Below are positions 1-9,880 of a stretch of DNA of 32,000 nucleotides, piece by piece (the first letter of the stretch is position 1; each line of letters begins with the position of its first letter). The stretch comes from Edaphobacter aggregans (lineage in GTDB: Bacteria; Acidobacteriota; Terriglobia; Terriglobales; Acidobacteriaceae). Both the position numbers and the translations under genes were made by a program. The DNA lies in the NCBI RefSeq assembly GCF_003945235.1, contig NZ_RSDW01000001.1, forward strand, positions 4,050,001 through 4,082,000. The letters are read 5' to 3'. The notes under the pieces were generated by a model, which searched no databases, was not told the origin of the DNA, and saw nothing but the letters and a program-made list of their open reading frames with translations.

Positions 1-2049
1 GCCGACGTCGCCGGCGTTGGCGTCTGAGGTGATGGTGTCTTCGCCTTTGATGTAGAGGCTCTTGAGTTTGCCTTCCTGGATGGCGCGGATCATCTCGTGG
101 TTGTCGAGGCCTTTGCTGGTGGGGAGGGTGACGCCCCAGTCGGCTTCGAATTTTGCGCGGATGTCGGGGTCGTCGACTTTTTGGTAGCCAGAGAAGACGT
201 TGGGCATGGAGCCTAGGTCGCTGGCTCCCTGGACATTGTTGTGTCCGCGGAGGGGGTAGGCTCCGGCGCCGGGGCGCATGTAGTTGCCGGTGACGAGGAG
301 GAGGTTGGAGAGCGCGGTGGCGGTGTCGGAGCCTCCGCAATGCTGCGTGACGCCCATGGCGAAGAGGATGCAGACGCCGTCAGCGCGGGCGATCTCGTGG
401 GCCACGGTGACGAGGGTGGCGGCGGGGATGCCGGTGATCTTTTCGGCGTATTCGAGGGTGAAGGGGTCGAGGGATTTTTTGTACTCGTCGAAGTTGTTGA
501 CCCACTTGTTGACGAAGTCCATTTTGGCGAGGCCGCTGTCGATGATGTATTTGGCGACGGCAGAGAACCAGACGGCGTCGGTGGAGGGGTTGGGTCGCAT
601 GAAGATGTCGGCGCGCTCGGCCATCTCGTGTTTGCGGAGGTCGGCTACGATGAGGCGCTGGCCGCGATGTTTGTGCGAACGCTTGACGCGGGTGCAGAGG
701 ACGGGATGGTTTTCGGCGGGGTTGCAGCCGACCATGAGAATGAGGCCGGCTTTCTCGATGTCGGCGATGGAGCCGGAGTCGCCACCGTAGCCTACGGTGC
801 GCTGGAGGCCCATGGTGGCGGGGTTCTGGCAGTAGCGGGCGCAGTTGTCGACGTTGTTGGTTCCGATGACGGCGCGGGCGAGCTTCTGCATGAGGAAGCT
901 CTCTTCGTTGGTGCATTTGGAGGAGGCGATGAAGGCCAGGGCGTCGGGTCCGTGATCGGCTTTGATTTGCTTGAACTTTTTCTCGATGATGTCGAGGGCT
1001 TCGTCCCAGGTGATCTCGCGGAAGGATTCGCCGTCGCGGAGGAGTGGCTTGGTGAGGCGGTCGGGCGAGTTGATGTGGCCCCAGGCGAACTTGCCTTTGA
1101 CGCAGGTGGAGATGCCGTTTGCGGGGCCGTGCATGGGCTCGATTTTGAGGATGTGGCGATCTTTGGTCCAGACGTCGAAGGTGCAGCCGACGGCGCAGTA
1201 GGTGCAGACGGTCTTGGTGCGCTTGGTGTGCTCGTTGCGCATCGCGGATTCGATCTCAGAGAGGGTGAGGATGGGGCCGTAGCCGATGGGCGGCTCGACG
1301 CCTTTGACAACGTCGATCATGTCGTCGAGGACTTTTGGAGGGAGATTGGTGAAGTAGCCGGCCTGGCCGAGCATAGATTTTTCCATGAGCGCGTTGCAGG
1401 GGCAGACGGTGACGCAGTGGCCGCAGGAGACGCAGCTGGAGCCGTCGATCTTTTCGCCGCCGTCCCATAGGACACGAGGGTGGGCGCTCTCCCAGTTGAT
1501 GGTGAGGGTCTCGTTGACCTGGACGTTCTGGCAGGCTTCGACGCAGCGGCCGCAGAGGATGCACTGCTGGGGGTCGTAGCGGTAGAAGGGATTGGATAAG
1601 TCCTGCTCGTAGGGCTTGGGGGTGTAGGGGCGCTGCTGGTGCTTTACGTCAAGGTCTTTGGTGGTGTTGTGGATGGTGCAGTTCTGGTTGTTGTTGTCGC
1701 AGACGGTGCAGTAGAGCATGTGGTTCTGGAGGATGCGGTCGAAGGCTTCGCGCTGGGCGATGTCGACGGTCTCGCCTGCCGTTTCGATGGTCATGCCGGC
1801 GGTGACGGCAGTGGCGCAGGCGCGTGCCAGTTGCCCGTCGACTTTGACCATGCAGGTGTCGCAGCTTTGGATGGGGCCCATCTGCTGGACGTAGCAGACG
1901 TGGGGGACGGGCTTCTGGGCGCCGGATTCGGTGCGGCGATTGAGGAGGTCGATGAGCAGTTCGCCGGAGTGCGCGGGGAGGGGGATGCCGTCGATGGTGA
2001 GCTGCATGTTGGGGGAGTGATCAGCGGGGGTATTCAGGAAAGATTTCAT
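1..2049 (-). CDS. fdhF: Formate dehydrogenase alpha-subunit-like molybdopterin oxidoreductase (FdhF/YjgC type); N-terminal 683 codons only, 3' end lies beyond the window start
   Basis: Absent from the ORF track because no stop codon falls inside the window. Reverse-strand translation from ATG (2049-2047) stays open to position 1: [25 protein letters not shown]... It shows a 2Fe-2S region ([21 protein letters not shown]), two ferredoxin motifs ([25 protein letters not shown]), a MopB N-terminal cluster ([10 protein letters not shown]), a catalytic-loop region [17 protein letters not shown], and GHNNVQGAS. The listed + ORF 241-1470 (Gly/Val/Glu/Asp-rich) is its antisense shadow. Confidence 0.85.
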   Translation of the reverse strand, partial: MKSFLNTPADHSPNMQLTIDGIPLPAHSGELLIDLLNRRTESGAQKPVPHVCYVQQMGPIQSCDTCMVKVDGQLARACATAVTAGMTIETAGETVDIAQREAFDRILQNHMLYCTVCDNNNQNCTIHNTTKDLDVKHQQRPYTPKPYEQDLSNPFYRYDPQQCILCGRCVEACQNVQVNETLTINWESAHPRVLWDGGEKIDGSSCVSCGHCVTVCPCNALMEKSMLGQAGYFTNLPPKVLDDMIDVVKGVEPPIGYGPILTLSEIESAMRNEHTKRTKTVCTYCAVGCTFDVWTKDRHILKIEPMHGPANGISTCVKGKFAWGHINSPDRLTKPLLRDGESFREITWDEALDIIEKKFKQIKADHGPDALAFIASSKCTNEESFLMQKLARAVIGTNNVDNCARYCQNPATMGLQRTVGYGGDSGSIADIEKAGLILMVGCNPAENHPVLCTRVKRSHKHRGQRLIVADLRKHEMAERADIFMRPNPSTDAVWFSAVAKYIIDSGLAKMDFVNKWVNNFDEYKKSLDPFTLEYAEKITGIPAATLVTVAHEIARADGVCILFAMGVTQHCGGSDTATALSNLLLVTGNYMRPGAGAYPLRGHNNVQGASDLGSMPNVFSGYQKVDDPDIRAKFEADWGVTLPTSKGLDNHEMIRAIQEGKLKSLYIKGEDTITSDANAGDVG

Positions 2050-2122
2050 AGCACCCATGCGCTTTCTGATGCTGAGGAGGATAGCAGAGGTTTTGCGCTG
2101 TGGGTGTGAAGTTCGGGTAAGG

Positions 2123-3409
2123 CTAAGTGATGCTGAGGATTTGCGCGGCTGCGCGGAGGCCGGAGCGCATGGCGGCGTGGACAGTTCCCCAGTGGCCGGT
2201 GGTGTCGGTGTGTTCGCCGGCGAAGAAGAGAGTGTTGGCTACGGGTTCCGACATTTGCAGTGGGGCGTCGAGGCCACCGGAGGCGACGTAGCTGTAGGCT
2301 CCTAGGGAGTAGGGGTCGTCGCGCCAGTTGTGGGTGTGGATGCTGAGGAGTTGGCTTTGGATCTGCGCGGGTTCGAGGCTGAAGATCTTTGCCAGACTGG
2401 TGCAGGCTTGAATGGCGAGATCGTCGGGGCTTAAATTGGCTAGCTTTGCGGAGCGTGGGCCGCCGACCCATCCGGTGATGGTGTTGCTGGGCTCGGGGTG
2501 TGGTGTCCACCAGACGGGCGGCATCTCGGTGAAGCTGAAGAGGAAGCTGAGATCTGCGATGGCTGGAGGATGGGCGAGGTGCTTCCAGAAGGGCTCGCGG
2601 AAGAGCAGTGTGAAGCGGAAGGCGTTGCCCATGCGTAGGCGGGAGGCGGCTTCGAAGATATTTGCGGGTTGTGGAGTGATGGTTACGCTGCCGCTTTGCA
2701 GGACTCCGAGTGGCAGGGTGATGATGGCTCGTTGCGCGGTGAAGGTGCCGGTGTCGGTGATGGCTTCGACGTGGTTGGGCTGCCAGCGGAGCTCGCGGAC
2801 TGGAGTCGCGAGGCGAATGGTGCTTTTGTATTCGGCGATGCGCTTGGCCAGATAGGCGGGGAGTTGGTCGTAGCCGTCGCGCAGGCGGTAGCTGCTGTCG
2901 CCTTCGATGGATTCTTCGGCTTTTTGTTGTGCGCCTAGCGAGGCTGCGCTGATCTGGCGATGGTCGGCGGCGTTGAAGCCTTCGACGTAGCTGATGGTGG
3001 ACGGGCGGTCTTCGGCGGGGATGGCTTCGCGGTCGAGATATTCGGCGAAGGTGAGGTCGGGGCCGGTGAAGTTTTCGAGTTTTTCCAATGGGTCGAAGAG
3101 GTCAAAGAGTTCAGCGGAGCAGGCGTTGAGGCCGGAGTCGTCGAAGCAGATTTGTGCGCCGCCGCGCTCGTAGGTCTCGAGGCCGGCCTCTTCGATGAGT
3201 GCCCAAAGTTCTGGGGCGCGGCCGTGGATGAATTCCGCGCCGAGCTCGATGGCTTCGTTACCGATGTGTTGCGTGTGGATGCGGCCGCCGATGCGGTCCT
3301 GGGCTTCGAGGACGAGCACGGAGACGCCGGATTCGGCCAGGGCGCGGGCTGCGGTGAGTCCTGCCATGCCTGCTCCGATGATCAGGACTTCTGTGTTGGT
3401 GTCGGCCAT
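2123..3409 (-). CDS. Flavin-containing amine oxidase family protein (FAD-dependent, monoamine/polyamine oxidase-like)
   Basis: 428-aa ORF. N-terminal dinucleotide fold [37 protein letters not shown] and C-terminal FFAGEHT motif typical of the amine oxidase family. Only 6 nt downstream of the preceding gene. Confidence 0.8.
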   Translation of the reverse strand: MADTNTEVLIIGAGMAGLTAARALAESGVSVLVLEAQDRIGGRIHTQHIGNEAIELGAEFIHGRAPELWALIEEAGLETYERGGAQICFDDSGLNACSAELFDLFDPLEKLENFTGPDLTFAEYLDREAIPAEDRPSTISYVEGFNAADHRQISAASLGAQQKAEESIEGDSSYRLRDGYDQLPAYLAKRIAEYKSTIRLATPVRELRWQPNHVEAITDTGTFTAQRAIITLPLGVLQSGSVTITPQPANIFEAASRLRMGNAFRFTLLFREPFWKHLAHPPAIADLSFLFSFTEMPPVWWTPHPEPSNTITGWVGGPRSAKLANLSPDDLAIQACTSLAKIFSLEPAQIQSQLLSIHTHNWRDDPYSLGAYSYVASGGLDAPLQMSEPVANTLFFAGEHTDTTGHWGTVHAAMRSGLRAAAQILSIT

Positions 3410-3415
3410 GCGGGG

Positions 3416-4732
3416 TTAGATGCCCGAGGCGTGGGCTTTGCTCCAGTCGGCGTAGGCTGCTAGGGCTTGCTGCGGGCCGGTTCCGTACCAGGCGTAGCCG
3501 TTGCGGCGCTCGAGGGAGAGCTCGCTGACGTCGTCGTGGATGGTCTTGTCGCGGTCGCCGAAGATGGGCTTGCCGGTTTCGATGCTGTAGTAGCGTGACC
3601 AGATGGGGCCTGCTCCGGGCTTGGCTTCGAGATGGCGTCCGCCGGGTGTGTTGCGTCCGCCGGTCCAGTCTTCGCCGTAGATGGCGGCGTTCTTCAGCCA
3701 TGTTGCGGCTGCGTGGATGGATGCGATGACTTGCGGCGATGGGTTGGGCAGGTGCATGAGGTAGAGCAGGATGTCGGCGCTCTCTCCGGTGGCGAGGGCT
3801 ACGGGTTCGAAGTTGCGTCCAGCGACGGGAGCGAGCGTGAGGGCGTCGTGCTGCTGCGCCCAGATGGTTGGGTGTCCGTGAATGACGACCTGCGTTGCGA
3901 GGATGTTGGCTAGGGCTCGGTCGGCGCTGGCTGCGGCTTGTTTGCGAAGATCGGCGGGGATGAAGGCGTATTTGCCGGTGCCGGTGGAGACGGCTGTCAA
4001 TACTTCGGCGGCCTGGGTTACGGCATTGTCGTTGAAGGTGATGGCGTCGTGGTAGCCGCCTTCGAGGGGCCAGACCTGCGGCCATCCTCCGTTGGGGAAC
4101 TGTGCTGCGAGCAGATAGCGGATGCCGCGGAGGAAGCTGGCGCGGTAGGGGTCACCTTCGGGGCCGGGCGTTGAGGCGGAGACGAGCGCGAGGAAGCGGA
4201 GCTGGGTGGTAGTGGCGTCGTTGTCGAGGGTGCCGACGTAGTTCCAGTGCGGGTCGCGCGGGGTGTCGAAGTCGTCGGGGCCGAGGTGTTTGCTGATGTT
4301 GTCGGTGGTGTAGCTCTGGCCACGCTGGCGTGGGGTGGTGCCCATGTCGAGGTTCTTGCTCCATCCGCCGGCGGGGGTTTGGAAGCTGACGATGACGTCG
4401 GCGGTGCGGCGGGCCTCGGGGGTTGCGTACCAGTCGGGAGTGCGGTCGAGCGGCATGCTGCGGGTGCCGAAGCCTTCCTTGGGGATGGTCGGCTCGGGTG
4501 CGCCAGGGGTGCGCTCGGCGGCGAGGGCGGCTTGGTCGGCGAGGCGCTGCTTCTCGGAGCGCTGGAGGTAAGTGGTCCAAACGGCGCGATCTTTCTTGGG
4601 GAGCTGCGCGATGCGCTCGGCGGTGATGGATTCGGCGGGCTTGCTGGTGCCGATAACTGCGGCGTGGAGGGGGACGGCGGCGATGAGGCTTAAGAGGAGC
4701 AGGCGTAGGGTCACGATAATTGGACGTACCAC
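3416..4732 (-). CDS. Secreted pectate lyase, PelA/Pel-15E family (polysaccharide lyase family 10-like)
   Basis: 438-aa ORF with signal peptide (MVRPIIVTLRLLLLSLIAAVPLHA). Family-typical motifs: FQTPAGGWSKN, GTLDNDATTTQLRFLA, LLAAQFPNGGWPQVWP, ITFNDNAV. Confidence 0.75.
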   Translation of the reverse strand: MVRPIIVTLRLLLLSLIAAVPLHAAVIGTSKPAESITAERIAQLPKKDRAVWTTYLQRSEKQRLADQAALAAERTPGAPEPTIPKEGFGTRSMPLDRTPDWYATPEARRTADVIVSFQTPAGGWSKNLDMGTTPRQRGQSYTTDNISKHLGPDDFDTPRDPHWNYVGTLDNDATTTQLRFLALVSASTPGPEGDPYRASFLRGIRYLLAAQFPNGGWPQVWPLEGGYHDAITFNDNAVTQAAEVLTAVSTGTGKYAFIPADLRKQAAASADRALANILATQVVIHGHPTIWAQQHDALTLAPVAGRNFEPVALATGESADILLYLMHLPNPSPQVIASIHAAATWLKNAAIYGEDWTGGRNTPGGRHLEAKPGAGPIWSRYYSIETGKPIFGDRDKTIHDDVSELSLERRNGYAWYGTGPQQALAAYADWSKAHASGI

Positions 4733-4750
4733 TTCGCCGGAAGACGCAGA

Positions 4751-6148
4751 TTAGGTCGAAGTCAGTGGTGGCTTGCCGAATCGCTGCCGGACGAACGCCA
4801 TGGCTTCGTCTGAAGTTTTTACTGTGCCTTCGAGTTGGGCGTCTTCGGCGGCTTCGAGCATGGATTTGAAGCGGGGGCCGGGGCGGTATCCGGCGGCGAT
4901 GAGTTCGCGTCCGGTGAGGAGGAGTTTTGGCTGGATGGCTTCGGGTGGTGCGGACTCGTAGTGCTGTTTGGCGAAGTTGTAGAGGGTGAGGTCGCAGTGA
5001 GCGGAGGTGCAGTCGAGGTAGTGGAGGGCGAGGTGCTCGTCGAAGCGTGGGAGGCGGAGGAAGCGCTTGAGGGTGGACTCGCGCATGTGCATGACGTCGG
5101 CGAAGCGCATGTGGTTTTTGACGAGGGCGATGATCTGCGCGGTGTCTTCGTTGGAGAAGCGCAGGCGAGAGAGTATCTCTTCGGCGATGCGAACGCCGAC
5201 CTCGACGTGGCCGTTGAAGCGGATGCGGTCGTGCGGGTCGTTGGGGTCAGGGGCGCGGTAGGTGGCGGGCTTGCCGATGTCGTGGAGGAGTGCTCCCCAG
5301 GCGAGGGTGGATGAGCCGTTAGGCGGGAGCTTTTCGAGCAGGAGCATGGTGTGGACCCAGACGTCGCCTTCGGGGTGGAACTCAGGCGGCTGCTGGACGC
5401 CGTGCATGCGTACGGCTTCGGGGAGGACTTGTTGGAGGAGACCGGTGGTGTCGAGGAGCTCAAAGGCGCGGCGGGCGTGGCCTTCGGTGAGCATGAGGGT
5501 GAGTTCGTCGCGGATGCGTTCGAGGCTGACCTGGTCGATCTGGGCGGCGGCGTTGCGGATGGCTGCGAGGGTGGCGGGCTCGATGGTGAGGTCGAGGCGG
5601 GCGGCGAAACGGACGGCTCGGAGCATGCGGAGCTTGTCTTCGGCGAAGCGCAGGGCCGGGTCGCCGATGGCTCGGAGGATTTGCGCGGCGAGGTCGACGC
5701 GGCCGCCTACGTAGTCGAGGGTGGCTGCTGCCGCATCGTTGGTCTCTTCGTAGATGGCTGGGTCGAGCAGCATGCCGTTGATGGTGAAGTCGCGGCGGAG
5801 GACGTCTTCGCGGGCGTCGGTGAAGAACTGGACTGCGTCGGGGCGGCGGCCGTCGCTGTAGGCTCCGTCGTGGCGGAAGGTGGCGACTTCGGTGGAGGTG
5901 CCGTCGTCTTCGCAGACCAGGACTACACCGAAGTGTGCGCCTACGGTTAGGGTCTTTTTGTCGGGGAAGAGATTGAGCACGACGTTGGGTGTGGCGCTGG
6001 TGGCTACGTCGAAGTCGTTGGGTTCGAGGCCGAGGAGGAGATCCCGCACGCAGCCTCCGGCGAAGTAGGCCTGGTGGCCTACATTGCGGAGCGTGAGCAC
6101 GATGAACTGAGCGGCTCGATATCTTTGCGAAGTATTCGAGGATTTCAT
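4751..6148 (-). CDS. cca: CCA tRNA nucleotidyltransferase (poly(A) polymerase family head plus HD domain)
   Basis: 465-aa ORF. Nucleotidyltransferase motif YFAGGCVRDLLLG...DFDVAT, RRDFTINGM, and an HD region (ALLHDIGKP). Confidence 0.85.
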   Translation of the reverse strand: MKSSNTSQRYRAAQFIVLTLRNVGHQAYFAGGCVRDLLLGLEPNDFDVATSATPNVVLNLFPDKKTLTVGAHFGVVLVCEDDGTSTEVATFRHDGAYSDGRRPDAVQFFTDAREDVLRRDFTINGMLLDPAIYEETNDAAAATLDYVGGRVDLAAQILRAIGDPALRFAEDKLRMLRAVRFAARLDLTIEPATLAAIRNAAAQIDQVSLERIRDELTLMLTEGHARRAFELLDTTGLLQQVLPEAVRMHGVQQPPEFHPEGDVWVHTMLLLEKLPPNGSSTLAWGALLHDIGKPATYRAPDPNDPHDRIRFNGHVEVGVRIAEEILSRLRFSNEDTAQIIALVKNHMRFADVMHMRESTLKRFLRLPRFDEHLALHYLDCTSAHCDLTLYNFAKQHYESAPPEAIQPKLLLTGRELIAAGYRPGPRFKSMLEAAEDAQLEGTVKTSDEAMAFVRQRFGKPPLTST

Positions 6149-6176
6149 GATTCGAAATGGCGCAGTGTCAATAACG

Positions 6177-6392
6177 CTAGATAATGACGTACAAAATGAC
6201 GAAACCTACAGACACTGAGCAAAATAAATAGCCCGTGAACCGGCTCCACGCGCGACTGAACTTTGACTGCGGGAGCATTCCAAGGGTGAAGAATCGATGT
6301 TGTACTTCCGGGTGACGAATGAAGTATCGGCCCAAGAAAAACATGATGGCTGCAAATGTGAGTGGCAGTATAGAAGCGATCAAGAGCTGCAT
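6177..6392 (-). CDS. Small hypothetical membrane protein (71 aa, two predicted helices)
   Basis: The internal Met of listed ORF 6177-6560 gives [24 protein letters not shown]...[17 protein letters not shown]. The upstream 56 codons are Arg/Pro/Ser-rich and overlap the tsaD start region, so the short form is preferred. Locally AT-rich. Confidence 0.5.
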   Translation of the reverse strand: MQLLIASILPLTFAAIMFFLGRYFIRHPEVQHRFFTLGMLPQSKFSRAWSRFTGYLFCSVSVGFVILYVII

Positions 6393-6442
6393 TGTGGTCA
6401 CTCGATTTCGATAGCTTATCTTTGTTTGACTATCATAGAAGG

Positions 6443-7639
6443 ATGCACGAACAATCTGGAAACTCCAGAGGCCTGATTCTGGGCATCGAAAGCTCTTGCG
6501 ACGAGACTGCTGCGGCGGTGGTTCGCGCTGGGAGCGATGCGCTTTCGAATGTGGTTGCATCGCAGATGGCGCTGCATGCGAACTATGGCGGCGTCGTTCC
6601 TGAGCTGGCTTCGCGGGAACATCTGCGGAATGTTGTGCCGGTGGTGCGGGAGGCGATGGCTCGGGCTAGAGTTACATTCGATGATCTGGATGCCGTTGCT
6701 GTGACTGAGGGGCCAGGGCTTGCTGGTGCGCTGCTGGTGGGGATCACGTATGCCAAGGCGCTTAGCTTTGGGGTGGGTAAGCCGCTGATTGGAGTGAATC
6801 ATCTGGAGGGACATATCCATGCGGTGTTGATGGAGGCCCGGCAGCGTGCGGAGGCTCCGATGGAGTTGCCGCTGCTTGCGTTGGTGGTCTCGGGTGGGCA
6901 TACACATCTGTATCTAGCGCGGCAGAGTGGTGAGTCGTGGAGCTATCGCAATGTGGGCCGGACGGTCGATGATGCGGCGGGCGAGGCTTACGACAAGGTC
7001 GCGAAGTTGCTTGGGTTAGGGTATCCGGGCGGGCCCTGGATCGATGCGCTGGCAGTGCGGGGGAATCCGCGGGCTGTGCCGTTTCAATTTGGGCAGATCA
7101 AGCCGCGGGCTCATCGCGAAGGGATTTCGTTCCCGAATAAGAAGGCACCGCCGAAGGGTGAAGGGCCGACCTTTGATTTTTCTTTCAGCGGGATTAAGAC
7201 GGCAGTGTTGCGCTACGTCGAGACGCATCACATGCGCGAGAGTATCGAGGCTCGTCGCGTTGCTCTGGCTGCTGACCCGGAGTTGAGGCCGAAGTCGGAC
7301 GCGATGGCGGCGTTGTGCGATGCGAGAACGCTCGACCTGATTGCTTCGTTTCAGTATGCGGTGGTGGGGAATCTTCTTCGCCAGACCTTCGCTGCCGCGG
7401 AGGTGTTTGGGGCACGAGGGGTGGTGGTTTCGGGTGGCGTGGCGGCGAATAGCGAGCTGCGGCGGCGGTTCAAAGCTGAGGCGGATAAGCGCGGGCTGCC
7501 CGTGGCGTTCCCTTCGCTGTCGCTCTCGACGGACAATGCGGCGATGATTGCGGCTGCGGCGTGGCCCAAGTTTGTGGCTGGAGATTTTGCGGGTGAGGAG
7601 CTGGGGGCGACTCCGCAGCTGAGGCTTGGGTCGGTGTAA
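6443..7639 (+). CDS. tsaD: tRNA N6-adenosine threonylcarbamoyltransferase TsaD (Kae1/Gcp family)
   Basis: Motifs [92 protein letters not shown]. Start moved from the listed TTG (6392) to ATG 6443, which sits just before the conserved [12 protein letters not shown] block. Confidence 0.9.
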   Translation: MHEQSGNSRGLILGIESSCDETAAAVVRAGSDALSNVVASQMALHANYGGVVPELASREHLRNVVPVVREAMARARVTFDDLDAVAVTEGPGLAGALLVGITYAKALSFGVGKPLIGVNHLEGHIHAVLMEARQRAEAPMELPLLALVVSGGHTHLYLARQSGESWSYRNVGRTVDDAAGEAYDKVAKLLGLGYPGGPWIDALAVRGNPRAVPFQFGQIKPRAHREGISFPNKKAPPKGEGPTFDFSFSGIKTAVLRYVETHHMRESIEARRVALAADPELRPKSDAMAALCDARTLDLIASFQYAVVGNLLRQTFAAAEVFGARGVVVSGGVAANSELRRRFKAEADKRGLPVAFPSLSLSTDNAAMIAAAAWPKFVAGDFAGEELGATPQLRLGSV

Positions 7640-7759
7640 GGGCCCTCGGTGCACGAATAGGGCGGGCATCAGCTAAAATCAACAGGGAATTCCAAGGGAG
7701 AGCAGTCTGCACCGCGCTACGTGCTCGGCTGCGGCAGGTCAATAGCGCACGTGGCAACG

Positions 7760-9232
7760 ATGGAACTCTTTAATACTCTGGGCGGAAAGATCGAGCCGCT
7801 GACTCCGGTGGGCGCTCCGGCGCTTCGCATGTATTGTTGCGGCCCAACCGTCTACGACTACGGACACATCGGAAACTTCCGTACGTTTCTGCATGTCGAT
7901 GTGCTGCGACGATTTATGCGTCAGCAGGGCATGGCGATCGATTACGTGATGAACGTGACCGACGTGGACGACAAGATTATCCGCAATGCTGCTGCGGCTG
8001 GCGTGCCCATTGGGGAGTACACGGCTAAGTACGAGCGTGCCTTCTTTGAGGACTCGGACGCGCTTGGGATTGAGCGACCGGAGGAGATTGCTCGGGCGAC
8101 CAGCTGCATTCCCGACATGGTGGCTCTGATTCAGAAGCTGGCGGCGAAGGACATTGCCTACCAGGCTGAGGATGGAAGCTGGTATTTCCGGATTCATCGT
8201 TTTCCGGAGTACGGCAAGCTTTCGAAGAAGGACTTCGAGGGGATTGAGGACGGCGCGCGCGTCGATGTGGATGAGTATGAGAAAGATGCCGCGCGGGACT
8301 TTGCCCTGTGGAAGGCAGTGAAACCCGGCGAGCAGAGCTGGGATACGGAGCTTGGTGCCGGACGGCCGGGGTGGCATATCGAGTGCTCCGCGATGGCGAT
8401 GAAGTTTTTGGGCGAGACCTTTGACCTGCACGCTGGCGGCGAAGATTTGATGTTTCCGCATCATGAGAACGAGATTGCTCAGTCGGAGTCGGCCACTGGG
8501 CACACCTTCGCGCGACACTGGATGCATGTGCGCTTCCTGCTCGTGGAAGGCCGGAAGATGTCGAAGTCGGAGGGCAACTTCTACACGCTGCGCGATCTGC
8601 TGTTGAAGGGTCATCGTGCTTCGGCGATACGTTTTTTGCTGATTTCGGTGCCGTATCGCAACCAGATGAACTTTACGTTTGAGAGCCTTACGGAATCGAC
8701 CAACGCCGTCGAGCGGTTGCGTACGTTCCATCAGCGGATGCTGAAGGGTGGTTTTCCGGAGGGGCTGAATCCGGAGATTGCGGCGGCTACTGCTACGGCG
8801 AGTGCAGACTTTACCGCGGCATTGGCCAATGATTTGAATACGGCTGAGGCGCGTGCGGCGATCTTCGATCTCGTTCGGGCGGCGAATTCTGCTGCGGATG
8901 CGGGGACTCTCCGGGCTGACAATGTTGCGGAGATTCTGAAGGTGATGGCATTGTTCGATGGAGTCTTCGCGGTGCTTGAGGACAACGATACGATCGTGAC
9001 TCGCGCTGCGATTGCGTGGGCTGAGGCTGAGGGTCGTATCGGCGAGGCGGATGCTTCGCTGGTTGCGACGCTTGCACTGAGCGATGAGGCGATTGACGCG
9101 CTGGTTGCAGAGCGTACGCAGGCCAAGAAGACTCGCAACTTTGCGCGCGCCGATGCGATTCGTAACGAACTGCTCGCGAAGGGCATCCTTCTTGAAGACT
9201 CGAAGGATGGGGTTCGGTGGAAGCGTAAGTAG
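7760..9232 (+). CDS. cysS: Cysteine--tRNA ligase
   Basis: Class I synthetase motifs: HIGN (YDYGHIGNFRT), KMSKS (GRKMSKSEGN), WHIECSAM. Start set at MELFNTLGG (ATG 7760), internal to listed ORF 7721-9232. Confidence 0.92.
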   Translation: MELFNTLGGKIEPLTPVGAPALRMYCCGPTVYDYGHIGNFRTFLHVDVLRRFMRQQGMAIDYVMNVTDVDDKIIRNAAAAGVPIGEYTAKYERAFFEDSDALGIERPEEIARATSCIPDMVALIQKLAAKDIAYQAEDGSWYFRIHRFPEYGKLSKKDFEGIEDGARVDVDEYEKDAARDFALWKAVKPGEQSWDTELGAGRPGWHIECSAMAMKFLGETFDLHAGGEDLMFPHHENEIAQSESATGHTFARHWMHVRFLLVEGRKMSKSEGNFYTLRDLLLKGHRASAIRFLLISVPYRNQMNFTFESLTESTNAVERLRTFHQRMLKGGFPEGLNPEIAAATATASADFTAALANDLNTAEARAAIFDLVRAANSAADAGTLRADNVAEILKVMALFDGVFAVLEDNDTIVTRAAIAWAEAEGRIGEADASLVATLALSDEAIDALVAERTQAKKTRNFARADAIRNELLAKGILLEDSKDGVRWKRK

Positions 9233-9257
9233 TTTCGATTCTTAGTGCTTCAAATGA

Positions 9258-9302
9258 CATGGGCGGGAAAAGGATGTCCCTTTCCCGCCCATGTTGCGTT
9301 TT
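9258..9302 (+). terminator. Rho-independent terminator after cysS
   Basis: Perfect 13-bp stem CATGGGCGGGAAA (9258-9270) / TTTCCCGCCCATG (9281-9293) with a 10-nt loop, followed by TTGCGTTTT. Confidence 0.75.
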
Positions 9303-9322
9303 AACTGTCAGATGAATCATTC

Positions 9323-9349
9323 CTTGATATCAAGCATCTTTATATAAAG
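9323..9349. promoter_or_regulatory. Twin 12-bp perfect palindromes (candidate MarR operators) upstream of the MarR-pirin operon
   Basis: CTTGATATCAAG (9323-9334) and CTTTATATAAAG (9338-9349). Both have the form CTT-N-ATAT-N-AAG, with centres 15 bp apart. The second overlaps the SD-like AAGGAAG (9347-9353), 8 nt before the marR ATG (9362). Confidence 0.5.
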
Positions 9350-9361
9350 GAAGTTTGGATA

Positions 9362-9880
9362 ATGCCAGTTGCGAAAAAGACAAATACGAAAGTCGATACC
9401 AGCGGCATGCATCTCTGGCTTGTGTTGTGGAAGGCGTCTCGTGCGGTTGAGGCGCATGCGCTGCGTAATGTTGCGGGTCTCGACGTTGGGTTGAGCGATT
9501 TTGGTGTGCTGGAGGCCTTGCTACATAAAGGGCCTTTGCCTATCAAGGATTTAGGGGCCAAGGTGCTGCTGACCAGTGGCTCGATTACGACTGCTGTGGA
9601 TCGGTTGGAAGCGAAGGGTCTGGTCGAACGGCTCAGCGATAAGCAGGATCGTCGCAGCCGGATCGTGCGACTGACGGCGACTGGGCGGAAGGTCATCAAG
9701 AAAGCTTTTGCGGAGCACAAGTTGGCGATGGAACTGGCCGTCTCGGGGTTAGACCTGAAGGATCGTGCGCAACTGATTGAGTTGCTTCGCCGACTGGGAC
9801 AAGGCGCGGAAACGCAACTGGAAAAGAAGCAGAAGGGAAGTGGCGCTAAGGGGCGTCATAAGGAGGAAGCATGGCAGTAA
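9362..9880 (+). CDS. MarR family transcriptional regulator
   Basis: 172-aa ORF with a winged-helix core typical of MarR (LSDFGVLEALLHKGPLPIKDLGAKVLLTSGSITTAVDRLEAKGLVERLSDKQDRRSRIVRLTATG). Confidence 0.85.
   Translation: MPVAKKTNTKVDTSGMHLWLVLWKASRAVEAHALRNVAGLDVGLSDFGVLEALLHKGPLPIKDLGAKVLLTSGSITTAVDRLEAKGLVERLSDKQDRRSRIVRLTATGRKVIKKAFAEHKLAMELAVSGLDLKDRAQLIELLRRLGQGAETQLEKKQKGSGAKGRHKEEAWQ

Noticed and set aside
241-1470. Listed 409-aa + ORF (and overlapping ORFs 284-790, 380-916, 792-1310)
   Set aside because: The composition is extreme (Gly/Val/Glu/Asp/Ala or Arg/Pro/Ser runs) with no motifs. These ORFs mirror the well-supported minus-strand fdhF-like frame, so they are typical antisense or off-frame shadows in GC-rich DNA.
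3258-4085. Listed 275-aa minus ORF in an alternative frame of the PL10 lyase and amine oxidase genes
   Set aside because: It is an Arg/Pro/His-dominated sequence that spans the junction of two well-supported genes, so it is an off-frame artefact.
6393-6560. N-terminal extensions of the small membrane ORF (to 6560) and of tsaD (TTG at 6392)
   Set aside because: The two extensions overlap each other on opposite strands and are non-conserved-looking (Arg/Pro/Ser-rich, or preceding the conserved TsaD N-terminus). The internal ATGs at 6392(-) and 6443(+) give sensible proteins.
7739-8731. Listed 330-aa minus ORF opposite cysS
   Set aside because: cysS on the + strand has canonical HIGN and KMSKS motifs. 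The minus ORF is Arg/Leu/His-rich with no recognisable features.
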